From assembly GCF_009914755.1 (NCBI RefSeq), contig NC_060941.1: a DNA stretch of 64,000 nucleotides. The stretch is one strand, 5' to 3'. Both the position numbers and the translations under genes were made by a program. The DNA is from the human T2T-CHM13v2.0 reference genome, Homo sapiens. A model generated the notes under the pieces. It was not told where the DNA came from and ran no database searches. It worked only from the letters and a program-made list of their open reading frames with translations. Position 1 is the first letter of the stretch. Every line of letters begins with the position of its first letter. Positions 1-16,000 of the stretch are shown one piece after another.

Positions 1-13
1 ACACACACACACA

Positions 14-500
14 CAAAATCTTATTCAGTTGCAACAATTGAAATGATGTCTTTTAATCATGGGGTGGTGATGGATGGATGGAACAAGAGGTCATTAGGTT
101 AAGCAAAATAAACCAAGAAAAGAAAAAGGAAGTCACATGTTTTCACTCATATGTAGAAGCTAAAGACATGAATCTCATTAACATACAGAGTAGATTGGTA
201 GGTACCAGATGACAGCAGGTGGAGGTGGGAGGGGAGAATGAAGAGAATTTGATCAATGGTTAGAAATATAAAGTTAGGACAAATAATACCTGCTGTTATC
301 TATATCACTAGGGTGACTATAGTTAACATTAATCTATTGCACATTTCAAAATATCTAGAAGAAAATAATTCAAACGTTCCCAGCATAAAGAAAAGATAAG
401 TAGTTAAAGTGATGGATATCCCAAGTACCCTAATTTGATTATATTAATGCATTCATTCATTTTATGTACCCCCAAAGATGTACATCTAATATTTGTTAAC
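14..500 (+). mobile_element. L1 3' UTR fragment (L1MA-like), following a (CA)n tract at 1-14
   Basis: Motifs TCACATGTTTTCACTCATATGTAGAAGCTAAA, GGGTGACTATAGTTAACA and GTGATGGATATCCCAAGTACCCTAATTTGATT resemble L1MA 3' ends. Confidence 0.75.
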
Positions 501-539
501 TAGGCTAAAATATTTTGCACAGATAAATTTAATAGGCTT

Positions 540-1215
540 TGAGCTTGCCATTCAAAATCACAAAACACATAAGCAAACTAGCCAATGTGACTAAGAGTCA
601 TCAAACATAATGGCAGAATCAGACTTGTGTAGATATTAAAATTTTGTGAAAGAAAATATTAAATGTTTGATATGTCCAAAGAAATAAGAGAGTACATCAA
701 AATATGTATAAGAAATAAATGATTTCAAAAAGTCTACAGATTTGGAAAAAAAATTAACCTTCTAGAAATGAAGACAAACTATAATAGAATTCAGGTACTC
801 AGTTGAAGTATTAAAGAGGAAGTTTGACAAAGTCAAAAATAATTAGTAAACCAGTATATATAGAAAAAAGCTAATTCTGAATATAGCAAAGAGAAATGAA
901 ATTTAAAATATTAAAGAGAAATAACGAATTCCAAATGGTAGAATAAAAATATATGAAATTCAAACTGGGTTTCCAGATGAGAGAAAGGAAAGGCACAACA
1001 CTTGAAGAGATATTTGCTGATTGTTTACCACAATTGATGATACACATAAATATGTAGATTCAAGAAGTCTCGTAGATACCAACCAATCAAAATAAATAAA
1101 TATTTCCACATCCAGATTGCAGTATAACTACACACCACCAAAGTCAATGATAAAGTCACGTTATCTACAAAAAGGGCTATAAATCTTCTAAAAATAAGAA
1201 AAAAATTATTAGAGA
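540..1215 (+). mobile_element. Old L1 (L1M) ORF1-region fragment
   Basis: A-rich sequence with degenerate ORF1 motifs CTTCTAGAAATGAA and TAGATTCAAGAAGTCTC. Confidence 0.55.
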
Positions 1216-1219
1216 AGCA

Positions 1220-1530
1220 TTCATAGCATGTGAGAAACATCTGGGCTGTAAGCATGTAGAAGTATAATGCAAATACCTGGTGAAATAGTTTTCCAGGCAG
1301 ATAAAATGTAATGTGCAAAAGTCCTTGGAAGGGAATCCATTAAAGAATAGCAAGGTAGTGTGACTGGAATCCAGCTGAGGAGAATTTGGAGAGGTATAAA
1401 ATGAGGTCTGTGCCCTAGCTAGAGGCCATGTCACTCACTCTGTTGTCATCTAGAGTAAGTACTTTGGTTTTTATGCAAAAAAAAAAAAAAAATGAGAAAT
1501 GTTCATAGAGCTGAGAGCAGTTATACCATT
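1220..1530 (-). mobile_element. L2 fragment
   Basis: TTCCAGGCAGA...GTGCAAAAGTCCTTGG...GAATAGCAAGGTAG resembles antisense L2. Confidence 0.5.
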
Positions 1531-1549
1531 ACAGATTTTTATTTCGGTA

Positions 1550-1895
1550 TGTTTATGTGAGTTGTTTAAGCTACTTTAACTGCTGTACTAAGTAGGCCCC
1601 AGTAATAGATTATGTTTTGCTTCAATGTAAAGCTCAAAGTGTCTCCATGTTGGTGAGATTCAGGTTTGCAGGGACTCTATCATTATCAAAATATGTCTTC
1701 CAAAATCACCTAGGTTTTATCCTACAATTGGAAGAAAAATGAAAGATTGAAAGATCTCTTGTGGAAATATCAGTGAATCAAGAATAAAAATATCATACTA
1801 TTCATGACCCAGCGTAGTGGCTAAAACCTTATCACAGTGCCATATCTGACTGCAAGGAAGGTTAGGGAATGTGTTCAGCTGTGTGCCCAAGAACA
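1550..1895. mobile_element. Old MaLR LTR (MLT1J/K-like)
   Basis: CCATATCTGACTGCAAGGAAGGTTAGGGAATGTGTTCAGCTGTGTGCCCAAG resembles MLT1 motifs. Confidence 0.45.
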
Positions 1896-2306
1896 ATTAC
1901 CCAAAGATTATTTTAACATTTCTAACCATTGTTGAATATTAACTAATAAATCATTCGATTTAAAACATTTCAACTTTCCTATATTTTACAAAGTGCTCAA
2001 GAATATATAGCTTGTGAATTTTCCCAAAACAATATTTATTCTTATTGCCTGTATGCAACCTGATAACTTTATATTCTGCTTAATTCTATTTTATTCTTGT
2101 AATTTTTCTGATTTCTCTTTTTAACTGTTGGTTATGATTTTATTGATTATGACATGATTTTATTACTCACTTGGAGATTGCTACCTATAGTTCAAACATC
2201 AGTGTAATTCAGTGATGACATCTGGGAAATAAGCCCTAAACGTAGAGTAGAAATACTGGGATACAATGCCATTACTGTCACTTAACAGCCAGTTAGGCTA
2301 GGCCTT

Positions 2307-2462
2307 GCTACGCTAGATGTGGTACTTGAATCTGCAGCATCAGAATCACCTGGGAGCTGGTTGGAAATGTAGAATTTTTACTCAGATTTACTGAGTCGAG
2401 GTCTATATATTTACAAAGTCCCCAGGTGATTCATATACACACAAAAGTTTGAGATGCTTTGG
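2307..2462. mobile_element. MER5 (hAT-Charlie) non-autonomous DNA transposon
   Basis: GCAGCATCAGAATCACCTGGGAGCT...CCCCAGGTGATTC...AAAGTTTGAGA, the internal inverted-repeat pattern of MER5. Confidence 0.75.
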
Positions 2463-3447
2463 GCTAAGCAATGCTGCAGTAATAAACAATCTTATATTCT
2501 TAGGAGTTCAAAAATGTTTTGGAAGCAAGGGAGCTCTGCTCATCATAGTCACTTATGGTCTAAGCCTTTAGCTAAGATCTCAAACATTGCCTTTTTTTTT
2601 TTTTCAAGAGATAAAAGCAATCTCTGGGTAGAGAGGTCTTTTCCAGTCTACCACATTACCAAATAAATAAATTATTCATGCTCCTCCTGCCTACTGTATA
2701 CTAAATATTTTCTCTTTCTTCTGAATTACTAATAAACCTTGAGCTCATCTCAAGTATAGTATTTACTATATTGTATTAGTTTTTTTATATGTTTGTTTCT
2801 GTGTTTCCTCTATTAGGATAAAACTCACATTGTCTTACACATCTTTATATATTAAATATTGAATAAATAAGTAATTATTAATTTGTGTGTTTTTATATTA
2901 AATAACACATTTGGATTTAATGACACATTTTCTCACCTGTGTTAAGAAATGTATCAATTGATTTATAAAATAATTTAGCTCCAAGAAAATTCACATAAAA
3001 TGAAATCACTATCTGGGCAATGTCAGGTGAAGAGACCTTCCCTAAATTCAGTGTGGTTGGTGGATGGGACGAGCTTGACTCATGAACTTAACACCTTTGA
3101 TAGCACTTTTTATCTACAGATAATGAGTGAAAAGTTTAAAGTATTGGTAGGTCTTGGTCATTGTACATATCCCTCTGTAGGAGTAAAAAAGAATGCTACC
3201 TTTCAAATTTTCTGAATGAAAGTCTTCTAGCCTCTTTTGAATTTTAATTGGATTCATATAGGGCAAATATTCTGCAAGATAAAGATATTTAGTTATCTAC
3301 AACCAATATTTGTCTGTTGTCAGATAGACATGAAGCCCAGATTCCTTTTTTCCGAGATTTCTTATGAGTCATTTATAGAGCAAGAGCTTTCTTTTCTAAT
3401 ACCTCTAAAGACCAATATGGTGGGCAGGTTAAAGGAATATTGGTAAT

Positions 3448-3685
3448 AGCATGTTCTCACTTGTAAGTGAGAGTGCAATAGTGGGTACACATGGACATAG
3501 TGGAATAATAAACACTGAAGAATCAATAGAGTGAGAGGAAGTGGGGAGGGGTGAGAAATTAACTAATGCATACAATGTATATTCTTTTCAGGTGATGGCT
3601 TCACTAAAAGCCTAGACTTCACCACTACACAGTATATCCATGTAACAGAACTGCACTTGTATCCCCCAAGTATAAAAAAATAAAA
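3448..3685 (+). mobile_element. 5'-truncated L1 3' end (L1PB4/L1MA-like)
   Basis: GCATGTTCTCACTTGTAAGTG...AAAAGCCTAGACTTCACCACTACACAGTATATCCATGTAAC...CACTTGTATCCC followed by an A-rich tail. Confidence 0.85.
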
Positions 3686-4721
3686 GACTGTACATAATAG
3701 ATCAGAAGGTATCTTTCAATATTAGCTCAATTAACACTCATTACAAATTTATCATTATCCTGAAACAATTATTGAGACAACTGAGACACAAAGAGGTAAA
3801 GTAATTTTCTAAATGTTGAAGTTTAAGTGAAATTATTTAGAAAAACTACTTATTTAAAATTAGAAACAGAACTTTGGACAGATTAAAAGTTGCCAACATT
3901 GATTTCACATGTATCTCACTCTGTGTTAGGAATTCATTTCTAAAACACCTCTCAAGTTGAATTACATTTTCAATAGATGAAGACATGTAAAATTTTGGAC
4001 GTATTAAGTTGTGTATTTTACATATCTTTATGTAAAATTTGTTTGAAGGAATTTCCATAAAATGTTGGAAAACAAAAAATGATAGTACAACCAAGAATCG
4101 AAATATAAATAGACATGATGACAAAAGAAACTGTGTTTAGAAAAATCTCAGTTTCCTGAAATGTATCATTTTCAACATGATATCACAAAAATCCCAAATA
4201 GAGATTTTTAATTTAAAAATGCACCCTCTTCATTATAATTTATTTTATGATATGCAAAAAACAGTTTTGCCTGAGTTTTCAAAAATTGCTAAGATATCTA
4301 TTTCCTTATCACCACATTTAGGAAGTCACTCTAACTGAAAGAAGCAAGAAGTGTAAATTTAAAATGTCATTTTCCTTCTCTCTATTCAAAATATCTTATT
4401 GAGAAACCCAGAAATTGAGAACTCCTGGTCTACTCGAAAGAATCAGTATTCTAGTCCTTGGTCCTTCATCAGGGCTGGTCTTTTCAACCTTATTTCACTC
4501 TTACTAGATGTCAAAAACATGAAAAAGAAATAAACAAAAAAAACCTTTCAGCTGAATTTAATAATAATGGATTAATTCCAGACAAAACAAAGAAACACAT
4601 ACTTTTGTAATATGTTTAAAAGTAGTTAAAAGGATAAAACAACTGTAAGCATTCAGTGAAGAAATAATACTACTGTCTATTGTTGGTAATTCGTTTTTGT
4701 TGGGGTAAGGCATTGGTTCCA

Positions 4722-4902
4722 TGCGGTGGTCCCCAAATTTGCTCATGTGTTAGAGTCACCTGAGACAATTTAAAAAATTTGCTGACCAACCTACACCCTG
4801 GGCCAATAAAATCAGAATCTCTGGGGGGAGGGGGTTATAATTTATAAATCATTTTTTTCCTAAATGATTCCAAGGATGAACTAAATTTGAGATCCACTGG
4901 TC
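4722..4902. mobile_element. MER5-like DNA transposon
   Basis: GGTGGTCCCCAAATTT...TTAGAGTCACCTG...ATCAGAATCTCTGGGGG...TTTGAGATCCACTG. Confidence 0.7.
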
Positions 4903-5063
4903 CAATTGCAGTCTATTCTTAAACCTATAATGACTGCCAGCAATATTTTTATATCTTATCAACGACCACATTATGTGAGTCACTCTTAACTCTCCTTTTA
5001 TGTTATGGAAGCCTGCCTGATAAATAAGATTGTAGGAATTATTTAATAGTGAGATACACATAA

Positions 5064-5266
5064 GTTCAAGCAATTCTCCTGTCTCTGCCTCCTGAGTAGC
5101 TGGGATTACAGGCATGTGCCACCACGCCCAGCTAATTTTTGCATTTTTAGTAGAGACGAGGTTTCACCATGTTGGTCAGGCTGGTCTGGAATTCCTGACC
5201 TCATGATCCACCCACCACAGCCTCTCAAACTGCTAGGATTACAGGCATGAGCCACCACACCCGGCC
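5064..5266 (-). mobile_element. AluS, 3'-truncated (no poly-A tail)
   Basis: Antisense Alu from GTTCAAGCAATTCTCCTG through the TTTTTAGTAGAGAC linker to CCCGGCC; CCTGACCTCATGATCC shows the Sc/Sg-type 2-bp deletion. Confidence 0.93.
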
Positions 5267-5429
5267 ACCAGCTACCTATTATGACTACATGTGAAGAAGC
5301 AGCAAAGCTGTAAGTTCAGATCATAGTATCTAAGCCATTCTTTTCTAGCAGTCTATATCATTTCTATTTAAAATGTACTCATTTTTTCCATAAAATGTCA
5401 AACTCAATATACCTGCATGAGAGACATGG

Positions 5430-5545
5430 GACTTAGACCAAATTTACTAATTAAAAACTCAGTGGGTAGGACCCATGCATAGGCATTTTCCACAAATCCT
5501 CTAGGTGATTTTTATGTTCACTAAAAGTTTCAGGTCTTGTGTTCC
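5430..5545. mobile_element. MER5-like fragment
   Basis: GGGTAGGACCCA...CTCTAGGTGATTTTTATGTTCACTAAAAGTTT. Confidence 0.5.
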
Positions 5546-5623
5546 TATAGGTTTACAAAATTAAGAGGAGCAGGTCCAGCTTAAACAAGAAAAAAGTGCA
5601 TTAATTATAATCAGGAAAAAGCC

Positions 5624-5633
5624 TCTATCTATC

Positions 5634-5664
<31 letters not shown>

Positions 5665-5669
5665 CTATC
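5624..5669. repeat. (TCTA)n / GATA tetranucleotide microsatellite, ~11 units, one interruption
   Basis: Read directly from the sequence. Confidence 0.95.
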
Positions 5670-6946
5670 CACCCATCCACCCATAGGAATGTCATACTAG
5701 TCATGAATGCTAGGTCCTATCTAGTGGAAGCTTCAGAAGATTTATCAGTGTTTTACCTTGTTCACCTTCTTCTTGCCAGTGTTGAGCAGCCAACTATGAT
5801 CTTGCATTTTTCACTGGAATAAAGCCAAGAAGGGGATCTCAGAAGATGGAGCTCTGGTAGTCAGATGCCATTTTCCTTCTGCAGTCTCTGACGCACAAAC
5901 TTGTATAGTTTCTTTACTTGGGCCAGATTAAAATTGTGGCCAAACTGGACTACTTGAATGCAGAATAAACCCTAGATATTGTTTTTTCTGTCAGTCTAAG
6001 CATGAGTAGCTTTTCTTTTCCAATAGCTAGCAGGCAGAGAGAAAATAGTAAAATCAGTTATGGAATTGGTATTTCCATTAACATACTGTCTTTTCAAACA
6101 AGCACCAGTTGATCTTATTGTGTCAAATTTACAAAGAAACTGATATATGAGAAAAGCAATGCATTATTGTAGTTTATTATTTGTGAATATAATTCCAAGT
6201 ACTTTGTTATGCTGTGTACCAGGACCATTTTTGCCGGTGGGGGGTGTGGAAGGGGAGTGGCATGAGAGGCAGCACAAATGCACACTGCAAAGGTGTAGGA
6301 ACAGGGCTCTTAGATGGAGGACTTACCTTATGGCTGTAAAAGATGTGAACTTCTCCAGAATAAGGACCAGTTCTTGTTTATCTTTGGTTTCTTTCCAGAA
6401 TCTGGTAAAGCAACTACAATACTAAATGGTAAAGTGTGTCTATCAGTCTTGAAAGCAAGTCAGAGTTAGATAATATTTATAATATTAAATGTGAATGTGC
6501 TAGCATTATCACATAAAATAATACTGGTCTAAGATTGAGGTTATTCCTAAATCTAAGCTAACAGTGACTTAGTATGTTTCATTTATTAACCCCAAATCTC
6601 TAGTATGTGGCCTGATTTCTCATGTATGTACACCTACATTTAACTATATGACCAAAGGTGGAATCAATGAATACTGCTCACCACCATCTATATCATATAG
6701 AACATTAAATAAAGAAGAATGCTGAATTAAATGGAATTATAACAGAAAATAAAGCTTATGAGCGTATCACTAATGTCCTAAGCCAGAACAAATTTATAAT
6801 CCATATATTCAAAATAATAAGGAAAGTTTTATCAAATTTTAATGGTTCCATAGTGAGGGTATGTCTTACTAATAAGACTTCTATTAAGGACTGTTTTGCT
6901 ACCAATCAACCTGGTTTTTCATCAATACATGAATTCTTCCAGTTCT

Positions 6947-7074
6947 AAGGAAGGAAGAAGGAAGAAGGAGAAGAAGAAAAAGGAGGGAGGAGGAAGAGGA
7001 GGAGGAGGAGGGAAAGAAAGACAGAAAGAAAGAAAGAAAAAGAGAAAGAGGAGGGAGGGAAGGAAGGAAGGAAG
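6947..7074. repeat. GA-rich low-complexity polypurine tract
   Basis: GGAA/GAA/GGA/GAAA runs. Confidence 0.9.
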
Positions 7075-8697
7075 GGATCTAATTGAATATCGGGAGAGTC
7101 CTGTAATCTAGATAAGAAATATTTTCCAAACAAGGCAACTACCTGTTGGCAAGAACTTCAGGGCCATTTTCAGGTGTTTCAATGATGCCTCAATCATGTA
7201 CCTACATTTTCTATTTATTCTCTACAATCTACTGACGTTAATGGAAACCTTCCACCTCTCTTAGATCTTGCTTTATACTCCCTTTCATGTCCCTCCACTA
7301 CATGAATTCAAGTCATTTATTTCACCTTGAACTTGAAGTCAAATGTATAAAAATTCATTATGTATTTCACAGAATTCATATAACAACACTATTTTGCAGA
7401 GAGATCCAAAATTGTAATGATACATGTAAACATCCTCTTAAGTGGAAGCTGGCTAAACTCAGTATTATTTTTCTTTGAATTTTATCAACAGAGATCAGGA
7501 AATATAATGCAAATCGTGGATTTGTTTCTATTGTGTTCTTCCCATGGATTTATTTCAAAGGTGTTGCATTCTTTGACACTGTAAATTCAAATTAGTTTAC
7601 ACTTTGAATTAAAATATTCTACAGTATTGCAATACTTTGCCACTTCTGGATTAGGAAAGGAGACAGAGAAGGAGGACTTAAAAAAATAAAGGTTCTTTCC
7701 CCAGAAATTTTTAGGAATAGATCCTCCAAAATATATTGTAGCAAAATCTGGGGATAGAGTGGAGAGGGCTATGAGCAGTCAAACAGTTACCACATACCAT
7801 CAATTTTCAGCTTTGCAAAATTTCACATTTTAACATTATTTAACAATTCTGATGTGTCTTAAAACCATGCAATATCATACTTTAATTGTCAGCAATTTTT
7901 CTTTGTAGTGATTCAGGAAATTGATATACCCCATAACTGCTGATGTCTTAAGTTCTGTGTTCCATGAAATACAGTAAATGATGGGTTTGCAACACAGAAA
8001 AACTAGCTGCTCCATCTCAGAGCAGCTACTTCTGATATTGGCCTTCATGCTCAACCTAAGAGTATAGTTGCTTTTGTTTATTTGCACATTTGTTTGTTTT
8101 TCTGTATAAAAACTAGGCTATCATAAGAAGGAGCTAGAGTTGCAATAGGATAGACAATATGGTAGTGTTTGGAGTTAATGTGTATTTATAATCTAGGGAA
8201 AAAGTATACTGAACATGACAGAATCTATGGAAATGTACTACCACCATCCCAAACAAATATGTACTATCTTCCCTTTAGGCCTATCATTCTGGTGTGCAGG
8301 ACAGGACAGAAGAAATATAGTTTTGATATAGAAACTCTTCAAAATGTTACCATCCATGAATTCTGCCTGAGAGCATAACTTAGAAATATTCTCTAGGGAA
8401 AAATAATTCTAAAACTTTGGAAAAATTAACATGGAGAAAAGTGTGCCGAATAGAAAAGCAGTAAAACTATAGGTAGGTAGAAATAATTATCAGTAAGACA
8501 GCCATGAAAATTAGTGTAATTGTCAAAAGTAATTGGTAAGAAAGAGGCAAAATGTAAAATAATCTGAGAATTACACTGAAGAAGGCCTTATCAAAATAGC
8601 AGTTTGGAGGAGGAAGTGAGCAACTAAAAATGTTCGAAGTATCTTGTGTTATTTGGGAAGTAATTATTCAAACTATATGTTATTTCATTTCTAGACC

Positions 8698-9032
8698 TTT
8701 TTATTTTTTATTGGTTTATTGATTTATTTTTATTTTTATTTAGTTTTATTGAGATAGGGTTTCACTCTGTTGCCCAGGCTGAATTTCAGTGCCACAATAT
8801 CTGCTCATTATAACCTCAGCTTCCTGGGCTCAAGTGATCCTCCCACCTCAGCCTCCCAGGTAGCTAGGACTATAGCCACTTGCCAACACACCCAGCTAAT
8901 TTTTGTATTTTTTGTAGAGATGGGGTTTCCCATGTTGCCCAACCTGGTCTGAAACTCTTGGGCTCAAACAATCTGCCTGCCTTGACCTGTCAAAGTGCTG
9001 GGATTTTAGGCATGAGCCCCCATGCCTGGGCC
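8698..9032 (-). mobile_element. AluJ, full length, degenerate tail
   Basis: Two-arm antisense Alu with J-type GGGCTCAAGTGATCCTCCCACCTCAGCC and TTTTTTGTAGAGATGGGG. Confidence 0.92.
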
Positions 9033-9049
9033 TACTTTTTCATATTCAT

Positions 9050-11798
<2,749 letters not shown>

Positions 11799-12348
11799 TC
11801 ATTTCTATACCTTTTCAAAAACTCTGTAGATTGTAACCACAAGAAAGACTAGACATAGGACATATAATTCCTGGATGACCAGCAAGTACCTCAGCACACA
11901 TACCAAAGCATAAGAAAATTGTAATTAATTCAGCTTGGGGAAGAGAGAAATAGCAACAAAGCACTGTGTAAAGAAATAGAAACATTAAAATTTTATATAA
12001 AATAAAACATATTTTCCATCAGGTAGCAACAGGATGATTCAATGCGTGACTTTGGAAGTTCCTCCTTTGACACCAGAAACATAACTACGTGGCACTGATG
12101 GCTCAACTTCTCCATGCTCACCTTCTTCCAAACTCAGTCTTCCCTTTTCTCACTTGGGTGGAGGGTGGAAGAAACAGTGTGTGTTTTCAACTTCTTATAG
12201 CTTGAGGAGGGAGACAAATTATCTTGGCGCTGGAGAACTGGTCCCGAGTTTCAGGCTTCCTAAGCCTGAGACCAAACTATTTGTCAACTGTGCAAGACTA
12301 TATTCACACTTTAGCTCTAAAAACTTAGCAACAAGAATAGTTCTAGAG

Positions 12349-12560
12349 TTGCAGTTTTTAAACATTTTGGTCTCAGAGCCCTTTTACTGTCTTCAAAAAT
12401 ATTGAAGATCCTAAAGTTTGTGTATGTAGTACTTACTTATTGATATTTTCCATATTAAAAATAAAACTAAGAATGAAACACCTGATCTATTTAACCATAA
12501 ACCATTTACATGTATGTATAAATATTTCAATAAAATGTAACTATATTATGTCAACCAAAA
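12349..12560 (+). mobile_element. Charlie1-like hAT transposon end
   Basis: CAGTTTTTAAACATTTTGGTCTCAGAGCCCTTTTACTGTCTTCAAAAATATTGAAGATCC resembles the Charlie1 terminus. Confidence 0.65.
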
Positions 12561-15500
12561 TAATATACAAAACAATATATATATGATCATCAGAATTGAT
12601 AGCTCAATTTATTTGATAAAAATCAGTTCTCATTTCTGATAATTCTGACTAAGATAGGCATAGAAATAACTTAACTAGTTCGGGTAACATAATTCCCACC
12701 AGACACCTAAACTAAGTAGATTGTATTCATTTCAAAGGCAGTTAGCTTGGCATTATGTATTTTATACCTCTGTAGTCTGCTGATCCCATGAGAACCCAAA
12801 GCGGTTTTGTTTCATTACTTGCCTTTGTTCTCAAAAACATCTTTGAAAAACTGTGGAAATTGTGAGGGGGTGGAATCAATTTAGAATTTAAAAAGTCAGA
12901 GGATCTGAATTCAGTACTTTGACCTGCCATTTAAGAACTACACCCCACAATTCTCTTTCTTCACTATCAGGGTGAAAGCAATAATGCATGTCTTACAATG
13001 CTAAGGATAATCAATGTGACAATGATTTTCACAGAGCTAAACATGCTAACACAAAAATATTTATGGACAAAACAAAAACATGAAACCCCACTATCTCCTA
13101 AACTCCACTGTGAGTTTTTTTTTGTAGAACTAGTTGTGAATGTTGAAAAAAGAAAAAGAGCATCAAATTTCTTCATGAATAAACACTATTGGTTCTACAT
13201 ATATCTCTACATTTTTAAAACAACATTTAAGATAATGAATTTGTTACTTTTACCAAACAATATTTTTAAAAGAAATTTTTGATGAAGTACAGCTCCTTCT
13301 CCATATTTCTTTTATCATAGAACACTGAAAATAATTTTTAAACTATACCTTTGAAGCTAAAAATTTGTCCATGTGGTTGACTATCAAATGTATATCTTAG
13401 GGAAAAAAATAAAAGCATACAGATAAAAGCATGTAGTTTCATTTCCTCAAGTCTTCCAATTAATAAAATTACACATTGGTTTCTATTGGGACAAGCCAAG
13501 GAGGGGTTAGAAGGCAGAGACATTGATATGAATGATTATTATCATAACAATAGTTTTTGGAAATTTTTGCACCCCTTGGAGAACTGTGAGGTTGAAGGAT
13601 TTGTAGATCAGTGTTTCACAACCTGCATTCCCTAATATTTACTGATTTATGAAGAGCAAAATGGAGCTCTGAGAAATATTTTCTCCATTTCTTTTCGCCT
13701 CCCAGAATAGACTAGAGCTTCCTGAGAGTGACCAGTTCTTACTCATCTCTATATGTCCAGTGCATCTAGAAAGTCTCATACCCAGTAGAAGTTTAGTATT
13801 TTCTTAACCAATCTATGCTAACTAAATTTATTGAATGTAAAAACCTAATCATTTCTGTGTGACATGTTCTTTGAAAGCTTGTTCACACCCTATATTGCCC
13901 AAGATCGTTTACATTATTAGTGGCCTATCATTCAATTTAATTGTAATTTACTGCACATTTACTGCGCCCCTAACAATTTCACTATCTGTTGGGCTGTTTA
14001 AAAATATGCACTTCCCCAATTTTCCCATCAGCCAGCATGTTCCTGTATCTTTTGCATTCTATTATGCACTTCCCAATGCCAGTTTCTGTATCTTTCAGTT
14101 CCTTTGCATATCCAGATTGCTTTGGTCAGGTACCTGTTCACAGGAGGCATGCAATCAATATATTTTTCCAAGTGATTGATATTTAATACTTGCCAGTGTT
14201 TGTGATTGTTGTATTTCATCTTGATTTAAACCCCATAGTAGGTATATTTTCTTTTGGCTGAGGCTTCAGCAAAACAGATGGCATGTGTCTGCACATTGAT
14301 CTCTCCTGAAGTGGCAGAGTGAAATACTTTGGTTGCAGAAAAAAATTGTTTAGAAGCCTCTGAATTGACCTCTTTGTGTACCAAATCGACATTTTGTGCA
14401 GCTAGTTTTATCTTTGCTTAAACTAGTATTGATCAAACTATTAAAGATGGTGTTATGGTTTGAAAAGCTCCTCTTGAAGCACCAACAAAAATAATGGTTT
14501 GCATTTAAATCTTTAAATCAATCCTCATCTTGTTGACTATCACAGGGTTTTAGATGGTAGAGACCTTGATTAATTCTTTTCAATCTTATTTACCACGAAT
14601 AAAGCTATAAAGGTGTTTGAGCACTCTACTTTTTGTCACTCACTGTTCGGTTTATTACACCTTCTACCATCATTCCCTGCCCTTTGCACCCTTTGTCTAC
14701 AGAAATGCAGTTTTCTAGAAACACTTGTTTAGATGAAGAATCAGAAGTGGGTAAGTGATTTTTGAAATATTGAAGGGCTCTGGTGGAATGTAAGGGTGAT
14801 TTACCATAATCACACAAAGAGAAACAGAAACAACAGCAACAAAAAAACCTGAGAGAACTTGTAGAACACCTTAAACAGCTTAAAATGGTCTTTATTACAA
14901 GAGGAGTGATTAAATTATTACATGAGAGAAATGAAACTTGGGATTTTCGGAATGAGGGCATTCTTAAATTTCATTGCTGAGAAATGTGTAGGGTTTTAGC
15001 CGAGATTTGGAAAGCTTTTAGGCTTCTATTTCTCAGGTAAGCCTAGGAAAGACTAGCTTTCAGTTGAAAATGGGTCACGGCAAGAAAATAGTATTAATTA
15101 CAGTTAAACCCTCCAAAGAACTCTACTACAAAGCTCTAGATAGAGGATAAAATTAATTCCACAGATTTGCAACATTATTTATTTATTCTTATACAGGCTC
15201 AGAAGCACTCTTAGCTAAATCAAGCTCTGGCGTTAACTCCACCTGAAAAATACAACAAGAATTTAATGTGCCATTTCTTGATCATACATGGTTACTATGG
15301 GATTATAATTTTCATATTTGTTTGTTCTGCACATGCTTATCTTTGCAATTATTTGCCATGTAAAACTCTTAATTGCTGATGACGCTGTGTTAGGTTGTTG
15401 GCAAAAGCGGGGGTAGAAACTTACAAATTCATTCCCATCCCCTAATCAGTACAACTCAAAACTTTAAGTAGACTTCGTAGCGCTCAGACCTTTCTTAATT

Positions 15501-15729
15501 GTGGCTATATGCTGTAAAGTGTGGAACAGAAAAACCACCCACATGTCCCCCTCTGCCCTCTTACTACCAATATAAAACTTCCTCCTTCTCTTGCCTTCTG
15601 CAGAGTTTGACATTTCCAGCCTGGACCATTATTAATGAGCCACAACTTAGCATAGGTTTATCAAATGTGGAAAGAATGAGGATGAAATGAAATGAGATGT
15701 GGAACTAAGTAAAGTAAAGGCAGGAGATC

Positions 15730-16000
15730 ACAGTGGGTTGGTGAGGGGCGTGTAATAATTTAGACAGAAAACGTATCATTGCCAAGGGAAAAATTAGAAA
15801 ATTTAGGGGCAGTGTGTAAATTTTATTGTCTAATGATTGTGTATCAGTAATATCATTTAATGGATGGGACAGGAATACTAAGTGTCTTCCTATGTGGGCT
15901 GTCAAATGGAACAAAGAGTTGCCTATTCTTTTCCTGACTTTTGAATGGCCTGCTAGATTTCCAGAAAATGTTTACCTGAGCCTCTAGTCTAATTCCATTT
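15730..16000. mobile_element. MER20-related hAT fragment
   Basis: Degenerate GGACAGGAATACTAAGTGTCTTCCTATGTGGGCTG...AACAAAGAGTTGCC. Confidence 0.4.

Noticed and set aside
6896-7133. K/R/E/G-rich and F/S/L-rich ORFs (also 31496-31786 and 54985-55185)
   Set aside because: Produced by purine-rich low-complexity tracts.
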